Of a stretch of 43,823 bases of DNA, positions 25,315 to 33,546 are shown piece after piece; within the stretch, counting starts at the first letter, position 1; each line of letters starts with the position of its first letter. The notes below the pieces were generated by a model. That model saw nothing but the letters and a program-made list of their open reading frames with translations, had not been told where the DNA came from and searched no databases. The translations under genes and the position numbers were made by a program. Origin of the DNA: a virus; IMG/VR virus record IMGVR_UViG_3300045988_085211, positions 1 through 43,823 of that record, one strand, 5' to 3'.

Positions 25315-25343
25315 ATTATACTACATCAATCGTCACTATTCAA
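25315..25343 (-). promoter_or_regulatory. Sigma-70-type promoter
   Basis: TTGAAT (25343-25338), 17 bp, TATAAT (25320-25315). Confidence 0.55.
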
Positions 25344-25387
25344 TTGTCAATGTCCACATTTTTCGACATTTTTATTGTCTACTCTGC

Positions 25388-25522
25388 TTAACCTATTAAG
25401 TCACACCACCAGTACAGCCAAGCAAAACATATATAAGTTCTTTTCTTCATTGTGTACTTTTTAGGTACTATCATTACAGTCGGTAAAATTGTAAATGTGT
25501 CCTTTCTCCAGCTCACTTTCAT
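25388..25522 (-). CDS. 44-aa small hydrophobic protein
   Basis: Below the ORF-track cutoff; RBS GGAGGGG 8 nt upstream; MKVSWRKDTFTILPTV..FAWLYWWCDLIG. Confidence 0.5.
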   Translation of the reverse strand: MKVSWRKDTFTILPTVMIVPKKYTMKKRTYICFAWLYWWCDLIG

Positions 25523-25541
25523 TGTTTTGCCCCTCCAAATC

Positions 25542-25700
25542 CTAATCTTTTAATTCAATAGCCACATTCTCGCCTTTGAATACAACCTGTCCCGTTCCAT
25601 CAGCACAAGCTATTTCATATGCACCGCCTTTGTCTGTAATGCTCTCGGCATCTTCTCTATGCAATATGGTTTCTCCATTTTTCTTTACATCAATTTTCAT
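25542..25700 (-). CDS. 52-aa small protein
   Basis: Below the ORF-track cutoff; RBS GGAGGA 7 nt upstream; MKIDVKKNGETILHRED.. Confidence 0.5.
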   Translation of the reverse strand: MKIDVKKNGETILHREDAESITDKGGAYEIACADGTGQVVFKGENVAIELKD

Positions 25701-25721
25701 GTTTGATTCCTCCATTAAAGC

Positions 25722-25856
25722 TTATTCCTCTGTCAATTCAGCATATATTTCGTCCTGCAAGGTTTCCTTGTCATTATCTTTAATCATCGCGATTATAAGA
25801 TCCTTGTTATCTACAAGGTATTCTGCAATTACTTCTGCAATTTCATATGCGTTCAT
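25722..25856 (-). CDS. 44-aa acidic small protein
   Basis: Below the ORF-track cutoff; RBS AGGAGG 8 nt upstream, directly after the methyltransferase stop. Confidence 0.55.
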   Translation of the reverse strand: MNAYEIAEVIAEYLVDNKDLIIAMIKDNDKETLQDEIYAELTEE

Positions 25857-25875
25857 GTTACCGCCCTCCTTAAAT

Positions 25876-27474
25876 CTACGCAAACCGTAACTGTCCGGTC
25901 TGTTCTGCCTTAATCATCATGTTTGGCGTGCGCTCTGCTACACACAACTCCGGCAAGTTCGCTTTGACCAATGCTGCAGGGATTGGCGGGCATACTGCAT
26001 TGCCGCATCTGCGCACCTGCTCGCTGCGTGGGTAAGTTTTGCCAGTATAGTCATGATCGATTATGTAATCATCTGGAAATCCTTGGCATCCATACAATTC
26101 TTTTGGCTCTAACATTCTCAGCCCGATATCTACGATCTGGTAATCCACACCCTCGATTGTCACAAGTCCGAATCTGTCTTTGGTCGTAACCGTATCAAGT
26201 GGTTGCTCTATATCCTGTCCTGTGGCATCGCCGTAGTATTTAATCAAAAACGCTCTGACTTCCCCGAAATGCCCCGGTGATGTAGTAATGGTATGTAATG
26301 GTTCTCTCATATCCTGCCCGGTGCCGCTCTTATAAAATTTACTTAAAAACGATGTAACCAATCCGTACCTGTTCGAGCCATCCACAGTCATAATCGGATC
26401 TTTTATGGTCTGCCCCCGGACTTCTCCCTGTGCTGTCTCGGAATGGTACTGGATCAATGTTGGACTAATAAGACAATGTTCATTTTTGCTTACAATCGTT
26501 GTGAGCGGCTCCCTCACATCCTTACTCCGATCCTTTGTGAACCCGGTCTGCCCGATCTGTACCATGTATGGCTCCACAATCCCGTAACCATGCTTTCCGG
26601 TGATTGTAGGCATCGGCTCTCGGATGTCGTTCGGTCTGCGCTCACCGCCGTGGTTGCACTGGATAATAAATGGCTCCGGATTATCCAAAACGAATTTTTT
26701 CAGTCCTCTTGCGATCCGATCCATCGTTTTGGGTGCAAGTGGTCGCACCGCACGGATTCCATATTTCTTTTTGATTTCCTCTGCCGTATCAAATATGCTC
26801 GGACAAGGAAGAGAAAAATCCAATTGCGTATATGCTCCAACATAAGGTTTTTTCAATCCAGCTTTTACCTCTTCACTGTCTGCCGGTCCGTGCGTTGGAT
26901 CCGGCCATACAATCGGCTTGCCGTCGCACCGGGCGATCATAAAGAATCGTTTACGCATGGTCGGCGCACCATAATCGGCGGCAATCAGCTCACGGAACTC
27001 CACTTTATAGCCAAGATCCCGAAGTTGCTGTACGAACCGCTCAAATGTCTTACCCTGTTTGCTTTTAATCGGATGATGCCGTCTGTTTAATGGTCCCCAT
27101 GTCTTGAACTCTTCCACGTTCTCCAACATGATAACCCTCGGTCTGACAAGTCCTGCCCAGCGTAAGGCTACCCATGCAAGACCTCTGATGTTTTTATCCT
27201 TTGGCTTTCCGCCTTTTGCCTTACTGAAATGCTTACAGTCCGGCGAGAACCAGGCAAGTCCGACCGGATGCCCATTGCATGCCTTAACCGGATCAACCGT
27301 CCACACGTTTTCACAGTAATGCTCGGTGTTCGGATGATTCGCCTTGTGCATCTTGATAGCCTCTGGATCGTGATTGATTGCAATATCAACGCTGTATCCA
27401 GTTGCCAGTTCAATCCCGGTTGAAGCTCCACCCCCGCCGGCAAAATTGTCAACTATCAATTCTCCGTTAATCAT
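25876..27474 (-). CDS. DNA (cytosine-5) methyltransferase with expanded multi-repeat target-recognition region
   Basis: Motifs DNFAGGGG (I), SPDCKHFS (IV), ENV (VI), MRKR (VIII) and GNAV (X); five EPLxTIT-like repeats between VIII and IX. Confidence 0.9.
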   Translation of the reverse strand: MINGELIVDNFAGGGGASTGIELATGYSVDIAINHDPEAIKMHKANHPNTEHYCENVWTVDPVKACNGHPVGLAWFSPDCKHFSKAKGGKPKDKNIRGLAWVALRWAGLVRPRVIMLENVEEFKTWGPLNRRHHPIKSKQGKTFERFVQQLRDLGYKVEFRELIAADYGAPTMRKRFFMIARCDGKPIVWPDPTHGPADSEEVKAGLKKPYVGAYTQLDFSLPCPSIFDTAEEIKKKYGIRAVRPLAPKTMDRIARGLKKFVLDNPEPFIIQCNHGGERRPNDIREPMPTITGKHGYGIVEPYMVQIGQTGFTKDRSKDVREPLTTIVSKNEHCLISPTLIQYHSETAQGEVRGQTIKDPIMTVDGSNRYGLVTSFLSKFYKSGTGQDMREPLHTITTSPGHFGEVRAFLIKYYGDATGQDIEQPLDTVTTKDRFGLVTIEGVDYQIVDIGLRMLEPKELYGCQGFPDDYIIDHDYTGKTYPRSEQVRRCGNAVCPPIPAALVKANLPELCVAERTPNMMIKAEQTGQLRFA

Positions 27475-27803
27475 GGCATCACCTCCGGAAAATCCTCGAT
27501 TTGCATCTGTCCTTCCAGATCATCCGCAGACTTTTCATCCTCTTCGCAAGCGGATATCATTTCTGCATCCATATCCGATTCTTTTCCAATGTCAATAAGG
27601 ATCAAAGGCTGCCCTTGGTCTGTCACCCACATTACATTTTCCAACTTGTACAGTTTTCTTTTTCTTGGATTCGCGCAGATAATACTCACCGGTGCATCAT
27701 CCGGAAAGCTGTTTACATATTCTTTTAATTCATTATTCTTCATTTTTTCAAAGGAACCCGATATATCGTTACCCCGGCCGGAGGTTCGGCTCCTTTCTTT
27801 CAA
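27471..27803 (-). CDS. Hypothetical acidic protein (start uncertain: TTG 27803 coupled to the upstream stop, or ATG 27743)
   Basis: ORF in operon context; TTGA overlap with the upstream stop; ATGA overlap with the methyltransferase start. Confidence 0.5.
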   Translation of the reverse strand: MKERSRTSGRGNDISGSFEKMKNNELKEYVNSFPDDAPVSIICANPRKRKLYKLENVMWVTDQGQPLILIDIGKESDMDAEMISACEEDEKSADDLEGQMQIEDFPEVMP

Positions 27804-28039
27804 TCAAATCTTGTTTCTTTGCAAATTCTGGTTTCTATACTTCTTCTAATGGGCTTGTTATCACTTCCCTTTATAAATCTGTGTAATAAATCCCATTGAT
27901 AACCTCTTCGTTTAAAGCATGCAATTGAACACCATTCAACATCACAATGCACACAAGGTTCTCCGAAGCATTCATTTTTCTCGTTCACAGGTTTTTCTTC
28001 AAACAAATTAATCTGTCCGGCAATTTGCTTGATATCCAT
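27800..28039 (-). CDS. Cys-rich small protein, function unknown
   Basis: 79 aa containing CFGEPCVHCDVEWCSIAC; directly follows the PP-loop gene. Confidence 0.5.
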   Translation of the reverse strand: MDIKQIAGQINLFEEKPVNEKNECFGEPCVHCDVEWCSIACFKRRGYQWDLLHRFIKGSDNKPIRRSIETRICKETRFD

Positions 28040-28045
28040 CACCCC

Positions 28046-28783
28046 CTACTGTTGTGCCAAATAGCACATTATCCCACAATCCGGGAAAATCTCTGTGTTC
28101 ATGTTACCTCTGTCCGGGTCAAGTTCGTCCAGATATACCGGATTCCCTTTTCCGTCCTTAAGGATTGAATAACCAACTTCTCTTTCTAACTTCGCCCGAC
28201 TTTCGAATACTTCCGGGAAATCTTTTCGAATCCGATTCCAATATCCCATACCGCCCTTGACGCATCCGATGCAGTTATTGTTCGGATATCCAAGGTCATA
28301 CGTCAAAGGTCGGGCAAATAAAAAAATCCGTTCAAACAATCCATGTACCTCTTGTTTTGAAAGGTTTCTGTTAATTAGTGGAAATTCATGTGCAGCTTGC
28401 GGATTTGCTTCAATCGTCCTCTCTGCCCGGTTCTTTTCTTTTAAATCAAATCCCCAGACATACGTTAATTCGTAATCCTTATGCTGCTCCTCCCACTCTT
28501 TTCTCACTCTCTTTTTGAGCCAATTCGTGCAAGGTGCAAAGCCACCAGGCATTCTTATAACCCCTGCCGTTCTTATGCAGTCCTCAACGCTTCTGTATTC
28601 CTTAGATTTCAGTATCTGAATCTCTTTTCCAATTGCTTTCTCGCAATCCTTAATAAATCTGATACTGTCCTCGTGTTGGTCTGCAATGTCAATGTAAATC
28701 CATTCGTCTACATCTCCGGCAAGCCAGCCTGCCATAAAACTGCTGATACCTGCACTTACCCAACATACTTTTAATTTCTTCAT
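28046..28783 (-). CDS. PP-loop ATP-pyrophosphatase / PAPS-reductase-like (adenine nucleotide alpha-hydrolase superfamily) protein
   Basis: N-terminal VCWVSAGISSF P-loop-like motif, C-terminal NNCIGCVKGG; about 245 aa, as in phage PAPS-reductase-like proteins. Confidence 0.6.
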   Translation of the reverse strand: MKKLKVCWVSAGISSFMAGWLAGDVDEWIYIDIADQHEDSIRFIKDCEKAIGKEIQILKSKEYRSVEDCIRTAGVIRMPGGFAPCTNWLKKRVRKEWEEQHKDYELTYVWGFDLKEKNRAERTIEANPQAAHEFPLINRNLSKQEVHGLFERIFLFARPLTYDLGYPNNNCIGCVKGGMGYWNRIRKDFPEVFESRAKLEREVGYSILKDGKGNPVYLDELDPDRGNMNTEIFPDCGIMCYLAQQ

Positions 28784-28787
28784 AACA

Positions 28788-28816
28788 CCACGCTACAAAT
28801 CACTTTGTAATCGTGG
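28788..28816 (-). promoter_or_regulatory. Stable hairpin ending 4 nt before the PP-loop gene ATG (covers the weak SD)
   Basis: CCACGAUUACAAA-GUGA-UUUGUAGCGUGG, about 12 bp, then UGUUAUG. Confidence 0.45.
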
Positions 28817-28964
28817 ATAAGGAACACTGGCTTCCCATGCTGACGGTCTGAAACTCACATATGTCGAATACGCTATATGTGCGCTACTTCAAATTCCGCC
28901 TTATCGAATCGTCAACGCAACTATTATTCCTTTTGTGCAATTTCTGAACACCCTTAAATTGCAA

Positions 28965-28980
28965 CCTCGGTTTACCGAGG
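28965..28980 (-). terminator. Hairpin CCTCGG-N4-CCGAGG after the 28986-29252 gene (weak U-tract)
   Basis: Perfect 6-bp stem followed by UUGCAAUUU. Confidence 0.35.
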
Positions 28981-28985
28981 ATTCG

Positions 28986-29252
28986 TTATTCCTTTCTTTC
29001 TGCTAAAATTTCAGCCAAGCAAGCGTTAAAGCCCGCTTTGAACATATTTGCGCCGAACCCTTCACTCGTATATCCAATTTTTCCCGGCAATTCCCGGAGC
29101 GGACACCAATCTGGTCTATCTTCAATTAGGTCGATATCCCTTACCGTTTCCATTGCTTGACAAGTCTCCGTGTCGCTTTCCTCATCGCAATACATAAAAT
29201 TGCAATCAAAGCACGATTCCGGCATATCCATAATCAATACTGCTTTAGTCAT
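28986..29252 (-). CDS. Cys-rich small phage protein, function unknown
   Basis: 88 aa; MPESCFDCNF..CQ..RPDWCPL pattern. Confidence 0.55.
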   Translation of the reverse strand: MTKAVLIMDMPESCFDCNFMYCDEESDTETCQAMETVRDIDLIEDRPDWCPLRELPGKIGYTSEGFGANMFKAGFNACLAEILAERKE

Positions 29253-29255
29253 ATC

Positions 29256-29909
29256 TCACACTCCTTCCGGCTTTTCGCACCGTTCAAATTCGATAACCCA
29301 GACCCACGGATTTGCATCCCATCCGTATCGGTCAAGGTCTGATTTCTTGATGGTGTTGTTCCAAATCCCTATAAACGATGTAATTGTCATGTTTTCATCA
29401 AGTCCTCCATTCGTGTGGATATACTTATCTGCTCCTTCTGCTAACGCACTTTCTGCGCTGATCTCATGCAACCGCTCCACTCTCACATCCGTAACCTTAA
29501 GGAAAATACGTGCTGCTTCTTTCGGCATATGAATGGACGGATGCCAAGGTTCTTCCGCATCTTCGGAATTTGCAACGCTTGCTTTGTATCCGTAAAATTC
29601 TGCCAAGCGGCATGATTCGCCTTTTCCTATGCGTTTGGTGTATTTATGCCACGTTTCTCGGACATACAGGATATCTCCCGGTGCATACCTATACGGCGGC
29701 TTAACGTATTGAATAGAGCCACCATATTCATTAGCGGAAAATCCAAAGCATCCTACCTCTTTCTTCTCTGTACTGTCGGTAACAAAACCGAGCGGAAATG
29801 TATGCTTTTCGTCTGGTTGCGGCTTTACTAACCTCCGAGTACAGGTCTTCCGTCCGTCCAGAATCGCCCGAACCATTTCTGTATTGAATAAAATCGGTTT
29901 AATTGCCAT
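29256..29909 (-). CDS. PUA/ASCH-like fold protein (tentative)
   Basis: N-terminus ILFNTEMVRAILDGRKTCTRR is typical of ASCH-like phage proteins. Confidence 0.4.
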   Translation of the reverse strand: MAIKPILFNTEMVRAILDGRKTCTRRLVKPQPDEKHTFPLGFVTDSTEKKEVGCFGFSANEYGGSIQYVKPPYRYAPGDILYVRETWHKYTKRIGKGESCRLAEFYGYKASVANSEDAEEPWHPSIHMPKEAARIFLKVTDVRVERLHEISAESALAEGADKYIHTNGGLDENMTITSFIGIWNNTIKKSDLDRYGWDANPWVWVIEFERCEKPEGV

Positions 29910-30294
29910 CTACCCCACCTCTCTTCGGATATACAAGTTTCAAATCATATCCGCTTGCAATAAATTTCAACGTCAATTCGTGATTGACTGCGTTTCCGAG
30001 CTTATCGTAAATCCAGTACATATCCTCTTGCGTGAATTGTGTTCCGAGATATTCATTGTATCCAGAAAGAAGTGATTCCCTCCATTCTTTATTTCTCTTC
30101 TCTTGGCGGTAAGGTTCTCCCTTTGCAAGTGGTCTGGAACACCACTCTAAAAGTTTACAGATAATATCTTTCTGTGTATTACAGTCTTTTGCTATAAAAT
30201 ATACATTCCCTTTGTCTGATAAAACAAGTTCTCCAAATTGAGTAATATAACTCTTCGGAAAGCATTTCATCACATTGAAAATTTCATTAAGCAT
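29899..30294 (-). CDS. Hypothetical protein
   Basis: 131-aa ORF with overlapping start and stop in the operon. Confidence 0.55.
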   Translation of the reverse strand: MLNEIFNVMKCFPKSYITQFGELVLSDKGNVYFIAKDCNTQKDIICKLLEWCSRPLAKGEPYRQEKRNKEWRESLLSGYNEYLGTQFTQEDMYWIYDKLGNAVNHELTLKFIASGYDLKLVYPKRGGVDGN

Positions 30295-30709
30295 CCTTTT
30301 TCTCCATTTCTTTCAGCTTGGCTTCGGCTTCCTCTTGTGATAAAAACCATGTTTCCTTGTACATTTTTTCTGACAGGATTCGGTCTGTTGCATATTCTCG
30401 ATCCTTATCACACTCCATGTACCATCCTTTTTCTGTAAAAATAATCAAGGCTACTTTCTGATGATAAACTTTGTTGTTCTCCGGGTGCAGACTTAAAATA
30501 TTTAATTCATAATTGATTTTGCTAGGAATTATATATACATCTGAGCCAATTCCACACGGCAACCGCAGAAGTAATCCCTGCTCCTCGGCATCCTCATATT
30601 CTTTGAGTTTCCGATATACGGCATCTATTTCTTCACAATCCGGTTCACATGCCCTTTCCCACATTTCATCATCAATCCACAATGGATTTCTCTCCGTTAA
30701 TCTCTCCAT
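30287..30709 (-). CDS. Hypothetical protein
   Basis: RBS GAGGAA 5 nt before the ATG at 30709; co-oriented. Confidence 0.55.
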   Translation of the reverse strand: MERLTERNPLWIDDEMWERACEPDCEEIDAVYRKLKEYEDAEEQGLLLRLPCGIGSDVYIIPSKINYELNILSLHPENNKVYHQKVALIIFTEKGWYMECDKDREYATDRILSEKMYKETWFLSQEEAEAKLKEMEKKDA

Positions 30710-30710
30710 G

Positions 30711-31058
30711 CTATTCCTCACTTTCTCTGTACGGCTCAGGTAATGGCATCCAAGCGATAACGTCCAGAATATTCATCCCATCCGTGAAATTAATTCCGTT
30801 CCAAAACGCTCTAAACGGATATACATTATCCTGCTCACTACTTCCGTATTTTGTTGTTACCAAATATACTTCCAAATATTTTCCATAAAACACTGGGTTT
30901 TCTTCCGGTTCTTCCGGCAATCTTTCACTTGCCGGAATCCAAGGATTTTTCAGTTTTTCAAGGCTGTTCTTATTATCTACAAACGTCTGTGGCTCCGCCT
31001 TAAGCTTGATGTTCTTGGACTTTTCCTTGCAAAAGGAAATCTGTTCATCTAATGTCAT
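30711..31058 (-). CDS. DUF551-like protein
   Basis: WIPASERLPEE ... VIAWMPLPEPY signature. Confidence 0.65.
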   Translation of the reverse strand: MTLDEQISFCKEKSKNIKLKAEPQTFVDNKNSLEKLKNPWIPASERLPEEPEENPVFYGKYLEVYLVTTKYGSSEQDNVYPFRAFWNGINFTDGMNILDVIAWMPLPEPYRESEE

Positions 31059-31096
31059 GTTCTACATCGCTTTCTATTTGACCAAATCATTTATAT

Positions 31097-31225
31097 TCAC
31101 ACTGAATCCGCTTTTCTTATTCTGTAAAACATAAGCATCGGTATCGATAAAATAAATGTTGCCTTTGTCTTTTTACAAAACGGACACAAATCATCTTTCG
31201 ATATGTGCTTAACTACGTCTCCCAT
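31097..31225 (-). CDS. 42-aa small protein with CPFC motif
   Basis: Below the ORF-track cutoff; RBS TAGGAGGA 7 nt upstream, directly after the upstream stop. Confidence 0.45.
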   Translation of the reverse strand: MGDVVKHISKDDLCPFCKKTKATFILSIPMLMFYRIRKADSV

Positions 31226-31235
31226 GCTGTTCCTC

Positions 31236-31784
31236 CTATCCATTCAACTGCAAATTCAACTGATCTTGAAAATACTCAACAATGAACTGATCCGTCATTC
31301 CCTTAGCGTAATTCTCTGAATTTGCCTTAAGATTCGCCCAAAACAAGTCCATTTGTGTTTTTCCAAAGCGCTTATTCTTTTCCATAAGCACTGAAAAGGT
31401 CAGTACCAGGAATGATTCAATCGCGCTATATGATTGCATATTCGCCATATTGAACGACTGCAATCCAACTTTTCCCTTTGGCAGTCCGCCCATCATCTTT
31501 ACTCTTGGTCGGTATGGAAACTCCATAATCTTCCGGCTTAAGATGCAGTTCCATCGCTTGTCAATTTTCTCAACAGCAGCATCATAGCGATCCGCACTGT
31601 CAAGCAATTCCGCGTTCTTCTCATGCATCCGGTTGTTAAAATCTGTAAGCGTATCTGTTTCCATACCGAAGTCGTAGTAAAGTACTGTAAAACTCAACAA
31701 CTGCAAGGACTTGAATGTTTCGCAAAACACTCTATCTCCAATTGCCTTCAAGCGAGCCTCCGGACAACTCTTTACTCCGTGCAT
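31236..31784 (-). CDS. Hypothetical protein
   Basis: 182-aa ORF; RBS GAGAGGAG; TAATG overlap with the upstream gene. Confidence 0.6.
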   Translation of the reverse strand: MHGVKSCPEARLKAIGDRVFCETFKSLQLLSFTVLYYDFGMETDTLTDFNNRMHEKNAELLDSADRYDAAVEKIDKRWNCILSRKIMEFPYRPRVKMMGGLPKGKVGLQSFNMANMQSYSAIESFLVLTFSVLMEKNKRFGKTQMDLFWANLKANSENYAKGMTDQFIVEYFQDQLNLQLNG

Positions 31785-32083
31785 TACTTCTCCTCTCTGA
31801 TCTGATGTCCCTTAACGCATGTGTACCAGAATCTGCAACTTGGATCACATATTTTCGTTTTCTCTCCATAGCTGCAAGTCCGACCACTGCCATAATAGGT
31901 GCTGTTTGCCTTAAATCTGCTATAGGCTTTCGGATCTCTGTTTTCTGTCTTGGAACCGTCATACGCTCGAATCGATTCCGATATCTCTGCATTTATTTTC
32001 TCAAGACGCTTCTGCGTATTCGTTCTGTGTCTCAATTTATCGCCCCTTTGGGTAGACGGGGCATTTCTGCCCCTGCTTTGCAA
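31784..32083 (-). CDS. Basic Cys-containing small protein (start uncertain)
   Basis: The reading frame is fixed by the TAATG coupling to the next gene; the N-terminal extent is unclear. Confidence 0.4.
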   Translation of the reverse strand: MQSRGRNAPSTQRGDKLRHRTNTQKRLEKINAEISESIRAYDGSKTENRDPKAYSRFKANSTYYGSGRTCSYGEKTKICDPSCRFWYTCVKGHQIREEK

Positions 32084-32156
32084 GGTAAAAAATCATGGCT
32101 TGTGATAACTATCTCGATTTTCGACTTGCTGTTTCTTTCGCCTTCCGGCTGGTGTT

Positions 32157-32885
32157 TCAACCGCCAAGCAACTTTCGCTCCAAGGCTTCAAAGTCCTGCT
32201 CTCTCGGAGTAAAGTTATTGAATTTATTCTGTGTGGATGCCTTATTGTCCTTAAGGGGGAATAAGCCTTTCCAACTGTTCATGATTGACTGCTCCAGAAT
32301 CTTAACTGCCGTATCTGAATTACCACCGGACAACTCCGTCAGTTTCTTGATAGCCATTCCAACAGCACGATCAGTCATCGGAGCTTTGATCTGCTTTCGT
32401 ATATCGACAAAATCAGCAAATGCCTGATTCAGCTTTTCATCCTCTGGGAAGAAATCTTTTTTGGTATTTTTTTCTTTATTTCCTTTCTTCCCTTCTTTCT
32501 TTTCTTCTATTGTTGTCGTTTGAATGTCGTTAGAATGTCGCTTGCTTGGCTCTTGACTGACGCTTTGCTTGTCGTTTGCTTGGTACAAATCGTACTTAAC
32601 CACTGAAAATACTGTGAATTTGTTTGTCGTTTTGCTTGTCACTTCGCCTGTCATTTTCAAATGTGAAATTGCAGTGCGAATTTCCCTTTCTGTAAGTCCT
32701 GTTTCACTTGCAAGCTTTCCAATGGAAGAAACAAAAGAGCCTCGAGGAACAACCATTCCTTTAAAATTTCCATCCTTCCAATTAGCTTTTAACAACATGT
32801 GGATGAATGCCCGTGTTGTATTAATATCCGAATACCATTCCCAATCCAGAAGTCCGCGGCTCAATTTAATGTAACTTCCATCCAA
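32157..32885 (-). CDS. DnaD-domain replication initiation/replisome organiser protein
   Basis: N-terminal YIKLSRGLLDWEWY wHTH-type and C-terminal DnaD/DnaB_2-like FADFVDIRKQIKAPMTDRAV..SWKGLFP. Confidence 0.7.
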   Translation of the reverse strand: MDGSYIKLSRGLLDWEWYSDINTTRAFIHMLLKANWKDGNFKGMVVPRGSFVSSIGKLASETGLTEREIRTAISHLKMTGEVTSKTTNKFTVFSVVKYDLYQANDKQSVSQEPSKRHSNDIQTTTIEEKKEGKKGNKEKNTKKDFFPEDEKLNQAFADFVDIRKQIKAPMTDRAVGMAIKKLTELSGGNSDTAVKILEQSIMNSWKGLFPLKDNKASTQNKFNNFTPREQDFEALERKLLGG

Positions 32886-33260
32886 CTACTCCACCTCCCG
32901 GATCAATACCTCTATTCGGGGATTGGCAGCATCTACATAAAACTCATCAGAGAATCCGGTTATCTCTTTCCAACCGTCATTTTTCAGCACATGAGCATAT
33001 ACAAGAGAATCTTGTATTACCTTGCGCCCATAGGACGATATATTGTCTAAATCGCGCTTTTTGTTCTTCTCATACCACCGATACTCCATGTACACCGGCT
33101 TATCGATTTTCACACGCTTCAGGCATTGCCGGATGGCATTGATCACAACCGCTTCGCTCCTGGATTTCATCTGTGCGCCTTTGTAACGATTCGCACGTTC
33201 AGCCGATATGTAATCGTTCAGATTATCCAGTCTCCCGGGTATTATCAGTAAGTATTCCAA
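32886..33260 (-). CDS. rusA: RusA-like Holliday junction resolvase (probable TTG start inside the longer ORF)
   Basis: LLIIPGRLDNLNDYISAERANRY...RDLDNISSYGRKVIQDSL resembles RusA; the N-terminal 62 codons of the listed ORF overlap a better gene in another frame. Confidence 0.6.
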   Translation of the reverse strand: MEYLLIIPGRLDNLNDYISAERANRYKGAQMKSRSEAVVINAIRQCLKRVKIDKPVYMEYRWYEKNKKRDLDNISSYGRKVIQDSLVYAHVLKNDGWKEITGFSDEFYVDAANPRIEVLIREVE

Positions 33261-33537
33261 CTTCTCGCCACCTTTCGAATGTCTGGCGCATTGCCAGCCG
33301 TTTTGCCTGTATTTTTCTTGCTCTGGATAACTCTTTTGCAAGATATTCTTTAAGCTCTGCTTCGTCTGTGAGATTGCCCGGAACTGGTCTATAATAGCCA
33401 TTCCCCACATTGATAATGCAGTCGTTATTCCGATTTGCCTTTTCAATGTGCGCTCTCAACACTCTGTCCTCTATGGGGTTCGCCGGACGCTGTACCGCGT
33501 TCTCATGCCCGTAGGGGATATTTTCAATCTGTATCAC
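33223..33537 (-). CDS. Hypothetical protein
   Basis: 104-aa ORF in the operon with protein-like composition. Confidence 0.55.
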   Translation of the reverse strand: MIQIENIPYGHENAVQRPANPIEDRVLRAHIEKANRNNDCIINVGNGYYRPVPGNLTDEAELKEYLAKELSRARKIQAKRLAMRQTFERWREVGILTDNTRETG

Positions 33538-33546
33538 TCGATCACC

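Noticed and set aside
25576-25890. Listed 104-aa + strand ORF
   Set aside because: It is antisense to two mini-genes with strong SDs, is Ser/Leu-rich, and has no RBS.
28784-28985. preQ1-type riboswitch upstream of the PP-loop gene
   Set aside because: The leader is structured, but it does not contain the preQ1-I or preQ1-II consensus as I recall it (for example the AAAAAACUA tail). The riboswitch class is left open.
32886-33446. Full-length 186-aa version of the RusA ORF
   Set aside because: Its first ~62 codons overlap the better 104-aa gene at 33223-33537 in another frame, and RusA similarity begins only at LLIIPGRL. An internal TTG start at 33260 gives a typical 124-aa RusA.
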